Part shown: piece by piece, positions 48,471 to 57,727 of the stretch
Numbering within the stretch: position 1 is the stretch's first letter
How the letters are laid out: each line of letters starts with the position of its first letter
Source: Nitrospirota bacterium
GTDB taxonomy: Bacteria > Nitrospirota > UBA9217
DNA: 64,000 nucleotides
Direction: 5' to 3'
Assembly (NCBI GenBank): GCA_963826885.1
Contig: CAWGYL010000009.1
Location: forward strand, 172,176-236,175
The notes under the pieces: model-generated
The model's database searches: none
Told to the model about the DNA's origin: nothing
Seen by the model: only the letters and a program-made list of their open reading frames with translations
Translations under genes and position numbers: made by a program

Positions 48471-49676
48471 TCATACGCTTCTGGACAGCACCTCTATGAT
48501 TCTTTCGCCCGCCTTGCCGTCCCATAGTGGTGGAATGCAGCTTTCCTTGCTTTTCCCGTTAATGACGGCTAACGCTGTCTCAACTATTTTATCAGGATCA
48601 GTTCCGACAAGATAATTCGTTCCCAGCGTGACGGTAACAGGCCTTTCCGTATTATGCCTGAGCGTTACACAAGGGACACTGAGGAATGTGGCTTCTTCCT
48701 GGATGCCGCCGGAATCGGTCAAAACAAGGGAAGCATTGAGCAGCAGGTTCAGGAATTCCAGGTATCCCAGCGGTTCCGTGTACAGGATGTCCCCTGTTCG
48801 GACCCCCGGCTGGAGGATGCCGAATTTCTTCAGATTATTTTTCGTGCGGGGATGGAGTGGGAAAATGAGCGGAATTTCAAAAGAAATTCTGTCGATACAG
48901 TCCATCAATGGTTTGAGAGCGGCAGACGTATCCACGTTGCTCGGCCTGTGCAGGGTGATCAGCCCGTAGGAAGGCCCGTTCCCGTTTCGGCCGGTTGTCA
49001 GCTTTTTCCTCAATGCAGGGTCTTGGCAATGCTGATGCAGGATGTCGGCTAAAACGTTCAGCCTGCCTGCTTTTGCCCTGTGATTGATCAGCGTATCGAT
49101 CATGACATTTCCCACGAAGTGGACCTTGTCCTTCGCAATGCCTTCCTGTTCCAGGTTTGCTATGGCAACTTCTTCCGTTACGAATAATAAGTCGCTGAGG
49201 GCATCGGTGAGAATGCGGTTGATCTCCTCCGGCATATCGCGGTCCGAGGAGCGCAGGCCTGCCTCGATATGCGCGATGAGCGGGCGCTTCCTGCTGCTCG
49301 CACCGTTGTACTGAATTTTGGTGGCCACGAGAGCGCAGGCAATCGTGGAATTTACATCGCCCACGACCAGGAGGACGTCCGGCTGCTCTTTCAGCAGGAC
49401 CGGCTCGAAGCGCTCCATGATCTGGGCGGTTTGCACCGCGTGCGAACCCGAGCCGACTTCAAGGTTGTACTGCGGCTTCGGGATCTCCAGTTCATGGAAA
49501 AAGAGGTTAGACATTTTCTCATCGTAATGCTGGCCTGTATGAACAATGGTGTGTACAATCTCTTGACGGCCCGTTGCGCGATTCATATTATCAACAGCCC
49601 GTGCAATAGAGGCGACCTTCATGAAATTAGGCCTTGCGCCGACGATTGACATGATTGACAGTTTTTTATTTTTCAT
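48471..49676 (-). CDS. wecB: UDP-N-acetylglucosamine 2-epimerase (non-hydrolysing)
   Basis: GARPNFMK, HTGQHYD, HIEAGLRS, MPEEINR, TLHRPSNVD, TDSGGIQEE. Confidence 0.95.
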   Translation of the reverse strand: MKNKKLSIMSIVGARPNFMKVASIARAVDNMNRATGRQEIVHTIVHTGQHYDEKMSNLFFHELEIPKPQYNLEVGSGSHAVQTAQIMERFEPVLLKEQPDVLLVVGDVNSTIACALVATKIQYNGASSRKRPLIAHIEAGLRSSDRDMPEEINRILTDALSDLLFVTEEVAIANLEQEGIAKDKVHFVGNVMIDTLINHRAKAGRLNVLADILHQHCQDPALRKKLTTGRNGNGPSYGLITLHRPSNVDTSAALKPLMDCIDRISFEIPLIFPLHPRTKNNLKKFGILQPGVRTGDILYTEPLGYLEFLNLLLNASLVLTDSGGIQEEATFLSVPCVTLRHNTERPVTVTLGTNYLVGTDPDKIVETALAVINGKSKESCIPPLWDGKAGERIIEVLSRSV

Positions 49677-49748
49677 AGGGATTTCAAAAAAATCTCCGCC
49701 GAAGAAGGCTATGAGAATATTCCCCCATCCGAACCACTTAAGGCCGGT

Positions 49749-49933
49749 TTATCTCGTGATAGCAACTTTTCTTTTATTTTCTCGCCAGGAGAAAAGTAGC
49801 AATGCCTGGCCGAGAAGCAGCATGGTTGACGACTCGGGAATGGCCTCGATACGTTGCAGAAGGAGATCAAAAGACAGGTTCAATGTGTTGAGCAAGGGGG
49901 TACAAACGCGGCAAGACAGAAAGCTTTTTTCAT
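49749..49933 (-). pseudogene. Frameshifted PEP-CTERM protein relic
   Basis: AAAGGGG RBS + ATG MKKAFCLAAFV..; in a shifted frame ...EAIPESSTMLLLGQALLLFSWRENKRKVAITR*, i.e. PEP-like motif, TM stretch and basic tail. Confidence 0.72.
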
Positions 49934-50023
49934 ACTATCGTACCCCTTTTTTGTGAGTATGGGACCGCCTGCCATGCAGATCTTCTTTCCGCAAATGTCA
50001 ATAAAACGATTTCTTCACAGCGA

Positions 50024-51235
50024 TTATTGCCGGGCATTCGTGGAGCTTTCTCCCTGAGTGACCCTTTGGAATAAAACCATGATTCTTTTTTTATCGTTCC
50101 CGGAAAGGTATTGATGCGTAGGCAGTGTTAATATCTTGCCCGCAATATCGCTTGCGCCTGGGAATGTCATGCCCGCGAAGTGGCTCTTGATCTCTTCGAT
50201 CTCGTTGATCGAGGTTGGATACATCAGGCTTATGCCTAAGCCCTTCTTACGGGCAAGAGAATAGATATGAGCCCTCATGGTCCTGCTATCTGCCATAAGA
50301 GGCAGGCGGAGAAAGGGGACCGTCACATCGAATTGCCGTTTCAGACTCATCAGCGTTCCGAAGTCCCGGGCATTTTCCCTCCGGGCTTTATTGGATGATT
50401 CAAGCCGCTTTTTCCAACCCCGCAACATGCCTGCCTTCAACCCTGAAAACTTTTTTATCGGAAAGTCCTTGTAGAAAATCGTCTCCCCCAGTTTGAGAAA
50501 GGGCATCCCTGAAGGGAACCAGTATAGCGAAGGACGTATGAAGACGGCCAGAAGCATCGCTTTTAGCAGTTCTCCGAGATTTTCTCTGAGCCGGGGTGTT
50601 TCTAGTGTTGAACATTTCTTTTCGATCTCATGGGCGATCGCGTCAGAGTTTGTGACGATAAGCCCCCCTGATCCGCAGGTTATGTTCTTTCCCCTGCCCA
50701 AACTGAAGAACCCCACATCACCGAGTGTTCCCAGGAGCTTCCCGGCATAGTTACCCCCCATGGCCTGTGCCGCGTCTTCCACAACATAGACGCCTCTCGG
50801 ACCACAGATGCTCTTGATCCTGTTCATGTCTGATGGAGCCCCAAAAAGGTGGTTGGGGACCACGCACAGCGTATTTTCGTCGACTGCTTTTTCCAGGAGC
50901 CCGTAATCAAAATCAAAGGTCAGATCGCTGATATCGCAGAGGGAAACCTCAAGGCCCGCCTTGACAATTGCTGAGGGCACAGAAAAACAAGTGTAGGCCG
51001 GGATCAGCACCTTTTTTTTCCCGGGCGATAAAGCTTGTAATGCGTTCAGTATGAGGGTGAATGCGGCCTTTCCTGATGAAACCATAAAAACGTGCTTGAC
51101 GCCGAAATAATCCTTGAGTTCACGTTCCAGTAATTCCTGGTACTTCCGATCAAGGAAAATTCCGGCGATCCCGTGCAACAAGGCATAACCATCAATGGGT
51201 GCAGCAGCAGGAGGTATGGTTCGCTGGATCTTCAC
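50024..51235 (-). CDS. DegT/DnrJ/EryC1/StrS family PLP-dependent aminotransferase
   Basis: VSSGKAA, IPAYTCFSV, VEDAAQA, FFSLGRGK, LTLPTH. GTG start 51235 (track start 51262). Confidence 0.87.
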   Translation of the reverse strand: MKIQRTIPPAAAPIDGYALLHGIAGIFLDRKYQELLERELKDYFGVKHVFMVSSGKAAFTLILNALQALSPGKKKVLIPAYTCFSVPSAIVKAGLEVSLCDISDLTFDFDYGLLEKAVDENTLCVVPNHLFGAPSDMNRIKSICGPRGVYVVEDAAQAMGGNYAGKLLGTLGDVGFFSLGRGKNITCGSGGLIVTNSDAIAHEIEKKCSTLETPRLRENLGELLKAMLLAVFIRPSLYWFPSGMPFLKLGETIFYKDFPIKKFSGLKAGMLRGWKKRLESSNKARRENARDFGTLMSLKRQFDVTVPFLRLPLMADSRTMRAHIYSLARKKGLGISLMYPTSINEIEEIKSHFAGMTFPGASDIAGKILTLPTHQYLSGNDKKRIMVLFQRVTQGESSTNARQ

Positions 51236-51547
51236 GGCAGATTTCTCACGACTGAAGTCCAATCGACTGCGTCAGGCTTAGCGGGGGCCCATCGACATAC
51301 TGCTCCCAAGCACCTCTATACAATTCCATAAACAAGCGTATAGTCATGAGGTCCCGATATGATCGGTCAATCCGTGTTCGGTGGAGTATCTCTCTTGGCA
51401 AGTTAGTTGAGGACCCCTTCGTTCCCCGCGGGGGTAGCGCGCAATGAGGGTCCTTCTTCAACGTGTTAGACATGCATTTCTTCATGACGCTTTTTGGGCA
51501 CTATAAGCCAATGACTTGCAAGATAAAACACTCGGCCTTTTTGTATT

Positions 51548-52657
51548 TTAGGGAAGGTTCTTCACAATTGCCGGACCGATGAATTTCGTCATACCGACGG
51601 GAAGTCTTTTCCAGATCGAGATCGCCAGGCGGTACTTGGGATTCTTAGGATTGAGCTCCGGCATTGATGCACCGTTTTTAAGCCAGTAGTGCCAGTACAG
51701 CTGCGCAGGCTTGGCTCCCCATTGCTCCTTGAACTGATACGTACCTTCCCCTGGCGTAGAGCGTCCGAAATCAAAGGTTCTGAACCCTTTTTCACAAGCG
51801 AACATTAACGAACTCCAGTACAGGAGCATATTGGGTTTATAATGATTGTACTGTTTCAGCGATGAGCCCCAGGGAATCTCCAGGATGTCCTTAAAGCCGA
51901 TAAGAAATCCAGAGGCGATTGGCAGTCCTGTCCTGGTATATACGGTGCAGATCCATGCGTCAGGGAATTCTTTCATGATGTTCCTGAAAAATTCTTTCGA
52001 ATAGACGGGTGTTCCAAGATCGCGCATGTTATTCGAAAAAACAGTGTAAAAGCTCTGCAGTTCCTCTTCTCGACCTATTTTGGTATACATCCCTTCTTTT
52101 GAAGGCCGTCGAACCTTGGTTCGTAGTTTCGTCGAAAAGGAATTCCATAGTTCCTCGCTCCGGTGCGGAAGACCCAACCTCATAGAGACCTTTGCGGTTT
52201 TCACCAGAAGCCCATCAATAGGATGCGTATGCCGTAATTCAATGTGCGTCGCGCCACCCTCCTGTGAAAGCTGTACTGCCTTTTGAAGCAAACGGTCCCG
52301 AATTTCATCATTATCTGCACAGATCCCGCCATAATTGAAAAAAGGGAGAGAGACCATGAAATTACCGAAAAAAAAGCTCTTCAGGCGGACCAGGGGAAGA
52401 ATCCCTCGTATGGTATGCTCATGGTCCTCGGCAAGGACATAGAACGTCTGGTGATTAAAACTATTTTCAATAATGTCTTTCCAAGCGATGAGATGATAAC
52501 AGGTTGCTCTATCCGACTCCATCACATATTGGTCCCATCGATGTCTGTCCTCTTCATGGTACAAGCGGATGTTCACGTCCGTCTGTTCTCTTATAAGGTT
52601 CATGTTCACCCGGGGATAACCAACCGTCATGTTATCTGTTCGTATCAAGGGATTCAA
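51548..52657 (-). CDS. FemAB family XrtA/PEP-CTERM system-associated protein
   Basis: SLPFFNYGG, IELRH, PVYSKEFF, PNMLLYW, FDFGRS, FKEQWG, NPKNPKY. Confidence 0.9.
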   Translation of the reverse strand: MNPLIRTDNMTVGYPRVNMNLIREQTDVNIRLYHEEDRHRWDQYVMESDRATCYHLIAWKDIIENSFNHQTFYVLAEDHEHTIRGILPLVRLKSFFFGNFMVSLPFFNYGGICADNDEIRDRLLQKAVQLSQEGGATHIELRHTHPIDGLLVKTAKVSMRLGLPHRSEELWNSFSTKLRTKVRRPSKEGMYTKIGREEELQSFYTVFSNNMRDLGTPVYSKEFFRNIMKEFPDAWICTVYTRTGLPIASGFLIGFKDILEIPWGSSLKQYNHYKPNMLLYWSSLMFACEKGFRTFDFGRSTPGEGTYQFKEQWGAKPAQLYWHYWLKNGASMPELNPKNPKYRLAISIWKRLPVGMTKFIGPAIVKNLP

Positions 52658-52716
52658 TTGTCCAGATTTTGGTTAATAAGGTTGATGTATATACTTCTAC
52701 ATCGCTGATGGCAGAA

Positions 52717-53544
52717 TTATTCGTGTAGTAATGCAGACAGATGGTTGAATTCGAATTCATCCAAAAATGTTCTAAGCTTCGGCAACGTGCTGTTGAGGTT
52801 GATATAATGGCGAAACTTTGAGGACCACCGACCATTGAGCCGCGGCTGATCCGGATCGATCTCCCAGGGATGGAGATACACGATGACCGGTTTATCCTCC
52901 CGCTCATTTATGCTTCTGATGGCGGTTTTTGTAACCTGCAGGGGAAAAAGTCTCAGGTATCCGCCTCCCCCTACCGGAATATTCTGGCCGAGGATACGAT
53001 ATGTCGACGGCGGATATTCCCGGAGTGTTCCATTGTTTCTCTTAACAATATGGGGAAAACGTTCAGCTCCGGGTAAGCCGTATCGATCGTGATGGACAGG
53101 GAATATGCTGGAGTCGTACAGGAACTTTTCCTCTATCAGGATGTCAAGGGCCCAGAGCGTTTCCTTAATGATGGAATAACTTGGAGCCCTGTAGCCGATT
53201 ACCGGGGCACTGATAATATCTTCCAGGATGCCCTTCGCTTTTCGAATATCCTCCCTGAACTGGTCGGAGGTCATATTATATATGAGGCAGTGACTATACC
53301 CGTGACAAGCGACCTCATGTCCGGAAGCATGAACATCTCTGACCAGTTTTGAACAACGCTCTGCAACCCACCCGAGAATGAAAAAGGTCGCCTTAACATT
53401 ATGTTCATCCAGTACCTTAAGGATTCGATAGGTATTCTTTTCCACGCGGCTTTCATACGTTCCCCAGTCTGCAAATCGGACAACGTCCGCGAATGCGGAA
53501 ACCATATAGTAATCTTCCACGTCGATAGTAAGCGCGTTAATCAT
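52717..53544 (-). CDS. XrtA system polysaccharide deacetylase
   Basis: NALTIDVEDYY, ATFFILGWVA, HEVACHG, YRAPSYS, YDSSIFP, GGGGYLRL, YLHPWEIDP. Confidence 0.92.
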   Translation of the reverse strand: MINALTIDVEDYYMVSAFADVVRFADWGTYESRVEKNTYRILKVLDEHNVKATFFILGWVAERCSKLVRDVHASGHEVACHGYSHCLIYNMTSDQFREDIRKAKGILEDIISAPVIGYRAPSYSIIKETLWALDILIEEKFLYDSSIFPVHHDRYGLPGAERFPHIVKRNNGTLREYPPSTYRILGQNIPVGGGGYLRLFPLQVTKTAIRSINEREDKPVIVYLHPWEIDPDQPRLNGRWSSKFRHYINLNSTLPKLRTFLDEFEFNHLSALLHE

Positions 53545-53604
53545 GGGAGTTATGTTTTTGGGCTGGCGCTATTCCCCGATCATGATGAATTTTTAATTCA
53601 CCTG

Positions 53605-54570
53605 CTATGCCGCACATTGTTTTCCCGAATGGTTACGGTACCATGCAACTGTTTCCGCAAGCCCTTGCTGAATGTTGAACTCTCTACTGTAACCAAGATT
53701 TTTTATTGCGGACTCAATGTCTCCAACGGAATCCCGAATGTCCCCGATCCTTGCCGGCTTAAACACGATTTCCGATTTCGAACCAGTAACTCCAAGAATT
53801 GCCTTGGCTAGATCCAGAACGCTTGTTTGCTCTCCATAGGCGATATTAAAGACGCTGCCTGATACGATTTTTCCCGTCAAAGCCTTAATGTTCGCTCTTA
53901 CCACATCGTCGATATAAATAAAATCGCGGGTCTGACCACCATCACCTTCTATGGGAATGGGCTCATTTTGAAGAGCCTTTGTGATGAACTTCGGTATTAC
54001 GGCCGCATAATCAGAGGCTGGGTCCTGCCTCCTTCCGTAAACATTAAAATATCGAAGACCCACGATTTCGATATTGTACAGACCACAAAAAATACTGCCG
54101 AGCATCTCTTTCGCGGCTTTTGACATCGCATAGGGAGATTTCGGGCACGGTGTCATTGTTTCTCGTTTCGGCAGTTCGGGTGCGTCTCCATAGATCGATG
54201 ATGAACTTGCAAAAACGATTCTCTTGCAACCGTATTCCGATGCAATATGAAAAAGATTCGCCGTACCGGCGATATTCGTTTCCACAGTCTTGACAGGATC
54301 GGCTATGCTCTTAGAAACGCTCGACACGGCAGCCTGATGGGATATAAGGGAAATGTTTTCTGATTTTATTATGAACCGCAGCAAGCCACTTTCAAGGATG
54401 CTTCCCTTGACGAATTTAAGGTTGTCATTTGCCTCGATTTGAAATATATTTTCCATCTTTCCCGTGCTGAGATCATCGAGTACCACGACCCTATATCCCT
54501 TCAGCAGCAGGGCCTCCGTAATATTGCTTCCTATGAATCCTGCGCCGCCCGTTACGAGTATTGACTCCAT
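53605..54570 (-). CDS. NAD-dependent nucleotide-sugar 4-epimerase (WbpP-like SDR)
   Basis: TGGAGFIGS, SSSSIYG, YAMSK, LRYFNVYG..QDP..YAAVIPKF. AAAGGAGG RBS before ATG 54570. Confidence 0.92.
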   Translation of the reverse strand: MESILVTGGAGFIGSNITEALLLKGYRVVVLDDLSTGKMENIFQIEANDNLKFVKGSILESGLLRFIIKSENISLISHQAAVSSVSKSIADPVKTVETNIAGTANLFHIASEYGCKRIVFASSSSIYGDAPELPKRETMTPCPKSPYAMSKAAKEMLGSIFCGLYNIEIVGLRYFNVYGRRQDPASDYAAVIPKFITKALQNEPIPIEGDGGQTRDFIYIDDVVRANIKALTGKIVSGSVFNIAYGEQTSVLDLAKAILGVTGSKSEIVFKPARIGDIRDSVGDIESAIKNLGYSREFNIQQGLAETVAWYRNHSGKQCAA

Positions 54571-54865
54571 GGTGATGCCTCCTTTTAGATCGGGAAACAA
54601 AGAGAAGGAGTGAACTCCTTACCGTTTTGCTCCACCTAGATCATGCTTAACCGTGGGAAAACCATTTCTGGAAATTGCCGTCTTAGATTTATCTCTGCAA
54701 CGCCACGAGTACCTGTTCCGGCCGCAACACGCCGATGCGCTATGAAACACGCTCATAGACCCTAGAGCGGCTGATTATCATAACCGTATCCAACGGCAGA
54801 AATTTTATTGAGCTACATCTGAACAGCAAGGATTGAAAAAAATGCTTCGATCCTCTTCTGATAAC

Positions 54866-56215
54866 CTATCGGGCCCCTCTCCCGAAAAGCATCACCTTTA
54901 CCGTATCGATAATGATCACCAAATCGAGATAGGGAGATACATTCTTGATATAATAGAGATCATATCGCAATTTTTCTATGGCATCCTCTGCGGAAGCACC
55001 GTAAGGATATCGGACCTGCGCCCACCCGGTGACTCCCGGCTTCACAAAATGCCGCTCTGAATAAAAGGGGATAATCTTCTTAAGTTCGGCAACAAATTCC
55101 GGCCGCTCCGGTCTGGGCCCGATGAAACTCATCTCGCCCTTGAGTACGTTATAAAGCTGCGGTAGCTCGTCTATCCTGGTTTTCCTGAGCAATCGTCCGA
55201 TCCTGGTAACGCGGGGGTCATCTTTCTGTGCCCAGACTGCTCCGGTCCCCTTCTCGGCATCCTGTCGCATGGTCCTGAACTTGTAGATAAAGAATGGTTT
55301 GTCCATTTCTCCGACGCGCAACTGTCTGAAAAAAACAGGACCGCGCGAATCCAGCTTAATTATCAGGGCGACAAGAGGCAGGAGCGGCAGTATCAGAATC
55401 ACAAAGATAAGCGAACACACAATATCGAAGATTCTCTTGGATGATTTCGCTGTCGCATTCATCCTAAAGCCGTTGGAGAAGATGAACCAGCTCGGCATTG
55501 TATTTTCGATGAGCAGCTTCCCGGTGATCTCTTCATAAAATGAAGGCGCGTCAATTACCTCAATACCGCTGAATTTGCAATTCATGACGTCCTGCACCGG
55601 AAAAACTCCTCTTCGCTCGGAAAGAGAAACCACCAGTTTATGAGCTTTTTCTTCTTTTACTGTCGCTACAAGTCCGTGGCCGTTTCCGACAATGGCATCT
55701 GCGGGGACATGCACTGACTCGCCGCTCAAATTGACATATCCTTTGAGTATGTGCTGATGGTTTGTGGTCTGGATAAGCTCACCGATTTTCTTGGCGAGCG
55801 GTCCGGTGCCTAGCACGAGAACCCTTCGCGCGCGATCGGGAGAGTTCGAGATCTTCATGTAGCTGATATGCCAAAGAAACTGAAAAATACCGAAGAAACA
55901 AAGCGAGAGTATAAGCAATCCTCTCCCGGTCATGACAACGCCCATCAGATAATAAACAGAAGTAAGAACCAGGAAAGAGGCCGCTAGAGCGAGAACAATT
56001 CGCACCAAGAGCTCTCTTTTGCGGAGACGTTTGCCGTAATTGTAGAGTTCGAGAAGATAGGAAGAAAGTACGGTTATTACTGCAAAAACCGCAAATCGCA
56101 TCACATGCCACTTAAACTCGTTTTGCCACGAGCCCAGTCTCACAAAGAAGCTGGCATATACTGCAAGAATGGACAGGAGCGCATCTCCGACCATCATTGT
56201 CAACATCACATTCAT
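54866..56215 (-). CDS. XrtA/PEP-CTERM system priming sugar transferase (polyprenyl glycosylphosphotransferase)
   Basis: N-terminal TM helices; KRIFDI, YKFRTM, RIDELPQL, GPRPERP, KPGVTGWAQV, YDLYYI. Confidence 0.95.
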   Translation of the reverse strand: MNVMLTMMVGDALLSILAVYASFFVRLGSWQNEFKWHVMRFAVFAVITVLSSYLLELYNYGKRLRKRELLVRIVLALAASFLVLTSVYYLMGVVMTGRGLLILSLCFFGIFQFLWHISYMKISNSPDRARRVLVLGTGPLAKKIGELIQTTNHQHILKGYVNLSGESVHVPADAIVGNGHGLVATVKEEKAHKLVVSLSERRGVFPVQDVMNCKFSGIEVIDAPSFYEEITGKLLIENTMPSWFIFSNGFRMNATAKSSKRIFDIVCSLIFVILILPLLPLVALIIKLDSRGPVFFRQLRVGEMDKPFFIYKFRTMRQDAEKGTGAVWAQKDDPRVTRIGRLLRKTRIDELPQLYNVLKGEMSFIGPRPERPEFVAELKKIIPFYSERHFVKPGVTGWAQVRYPYGASAEDAIEKLRYDLYYIKNVSPYLDLVIIIDTVKVMLFGRGAR

Positions 56216-56397
56216 CTTATCGTGGCCTTTCGTGCAGCATCGTTGAGTGAAACTCCCCGGCGGGAGCCGGGGGCATCTTGGCTACCAGTCAATGCTAATC
56301 CCTGAAAATATTCTTCCAGGTAGCAACCAAGTCCGGGATTGCATAACTCTTGGGACGTTTGCTCCAGGAGATCCAGCTTTTTCCCCCATAACATCAT
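56212..56397 (-). CDS. Small hypothetical protein (61 aa), translationally coupled to the sugar transferase
   Basis: AGGAGA RBS; its TGA overlaps the ATG of the next gene (ATGA). No family recognised. Confidence 0.35.
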   Translation of the reverse strand: MMLWGKKLDLLEQTSQELCNPGLGCYLEEYFQGLALTGSQDAPGSRRGVSLNDAARKATIR

Positions 56398-56425
56398 TTT
56401 TGTAGAGTTCTCCTGGCTTGGAGGA

Positions 56426-57727
56426 TTAAAATTGCATCCTCACTTCCCCGATAACCCTGTTGTTGAAATAATTACTCGCGTACACATCCGGGGAATAAGC
56501 ATTCTGATACCGGTACTCCAGGGCAAGAGTCAGATTCTTTCCCAGGACCTTATGTTCGAATCTCAGTCTGTTTAGATACACATCCTGGATGTCATAGATC
56601 TGAACGTTCGGGATCACATAGTCACGCAGGTGTTCTACGGAAACATCAACGAGGACTGTTGATGTCGGCGAGAGCGAATATGTCACCGTCCCGTCGATTA
56701 GGTAGGCGGTAGCCTCGATGTACTTTTGTGCCGCGTTTCGGTACTCAGTCAAGCCACCGGAAAGCTGCAGCGTCGTCCTGGTCGTCGTCTTTTTTAAGGT
56801 TGCAATATAGTGATCTACCCTTCTCACAACGAGTTGCGGGTCAGGAATATAGCTTAACCCCGTGTCGAACGAGACAGTCATCGTCGAGTATTGATGCGTT
56901 ATGCCCGCTTTCCAGAATACCTGGCTGGTATGTCCGGTTGTATCAAAATCGAGCCAACTGTTTCCCAGGGTTGCATACATATATGAGTTCGGAGCATAAG
57001 TATATTGAGGTCCGGCGTATATATCGAATTTATCGAACGTATCGAGGTTGTTCTCGTTTCGGGAGTAACGTACGCCAGTGGTAAAGGTCGTCTGGGACGA
57101 AACCTCCGTCACCATCTCTGCATATTCCGCCTGCTCTATCGTATCGATGGCATTGGGATTCTTGTACCAGGTGCTGATATACTGATAGCCGAGAAAGATA
57201 GGGGAGCGTGTAGTGTTTCTTGCGACTATATAAGGATTGACTGTAAAAACATTCACGTCCGATTGATTTACACTGACGCTTTCCTGCGTATAGTCCCGTG
57301 AGACATCGAGCGATACTCTGCTATAATTATCCGTCAGCGCGACGAAAAATGTATTTTTAATCAACTCCGTCTTGTTTGTAAGGTTCGCCGTTTGCGTTGA
57401 GTCGTCCGTTATCTTGCCATAGTAGTAATACCGATAAATGTACGCATAGTCCAGATTCCAGTCCCAGAGATCGGTCTTATAGACAAGGTGCACGGCAGGG
57501 ATAGCCTGTGAGATGTAATCCGTCTGCCTGTTCGTAGTCGTCAGAAAAATGTTATCGTTGTATTCTTCGCTCAGCGTGAGCTCAGGCTGCATCGTGAATT
57601 CCGCGCCGGAGGCGCGCCGGGGCGGCACCAGGATCATAAACAGGAGCACCGCCATAGCCAGGACGATAACGCGGAACGGCAGTGTGCCGATGGCCTGAGC
57701 ACTAAGTATTTTGTGCAGTCCCGTCAT
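56426..57727 (-). CDS. PEP-CTERM system-associated outer-membrane beta-barrel (TIGR03016-like)
   Basis: Signal peptide; EEYNDNIF motif; alternating beta-strand pattern; C-terminal Phe; located next to wzc. Confidence 0.82.
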   Translation of the reverse strand: MTGLHKILSAQAIGTLPFRVIVLAMAVLLFMILVPPRRASGAEFTMQPELTLSEEYNDNIFLTTTNRQTDYISQAIPAVHLVYKTDLWDWNLDYAYIYRYYYYGKITDDSTQTANLTNKTELIKNTFFVALTDNYSRVSLDVSRDYTQESVSVNQSDVNVFTVNPYIVARNTTRSPIFLGYQYISTWYKNPNAIDTIEQAEYAEMVTEVSSQTTFTTGVRYSRNENNLDTFDKFDIYAGPQYTYAPNSYMYATLGNSWLDFDTTGHTSQVFWKAGITHQYSTMTVSFDTGLSYIPDPQLVVRRVDHYIATLKKTTTRTTLQLSGGLTEYRNAAQKYIEATAYLIDGTVTYSLSPTSTVLVDVSVEHLRDYVIPNVQIYDIQDVYLNRLRFEHKVLGKNLTLALEYRYQNAYSPDVYASNYFNNRVIGEVRMQF

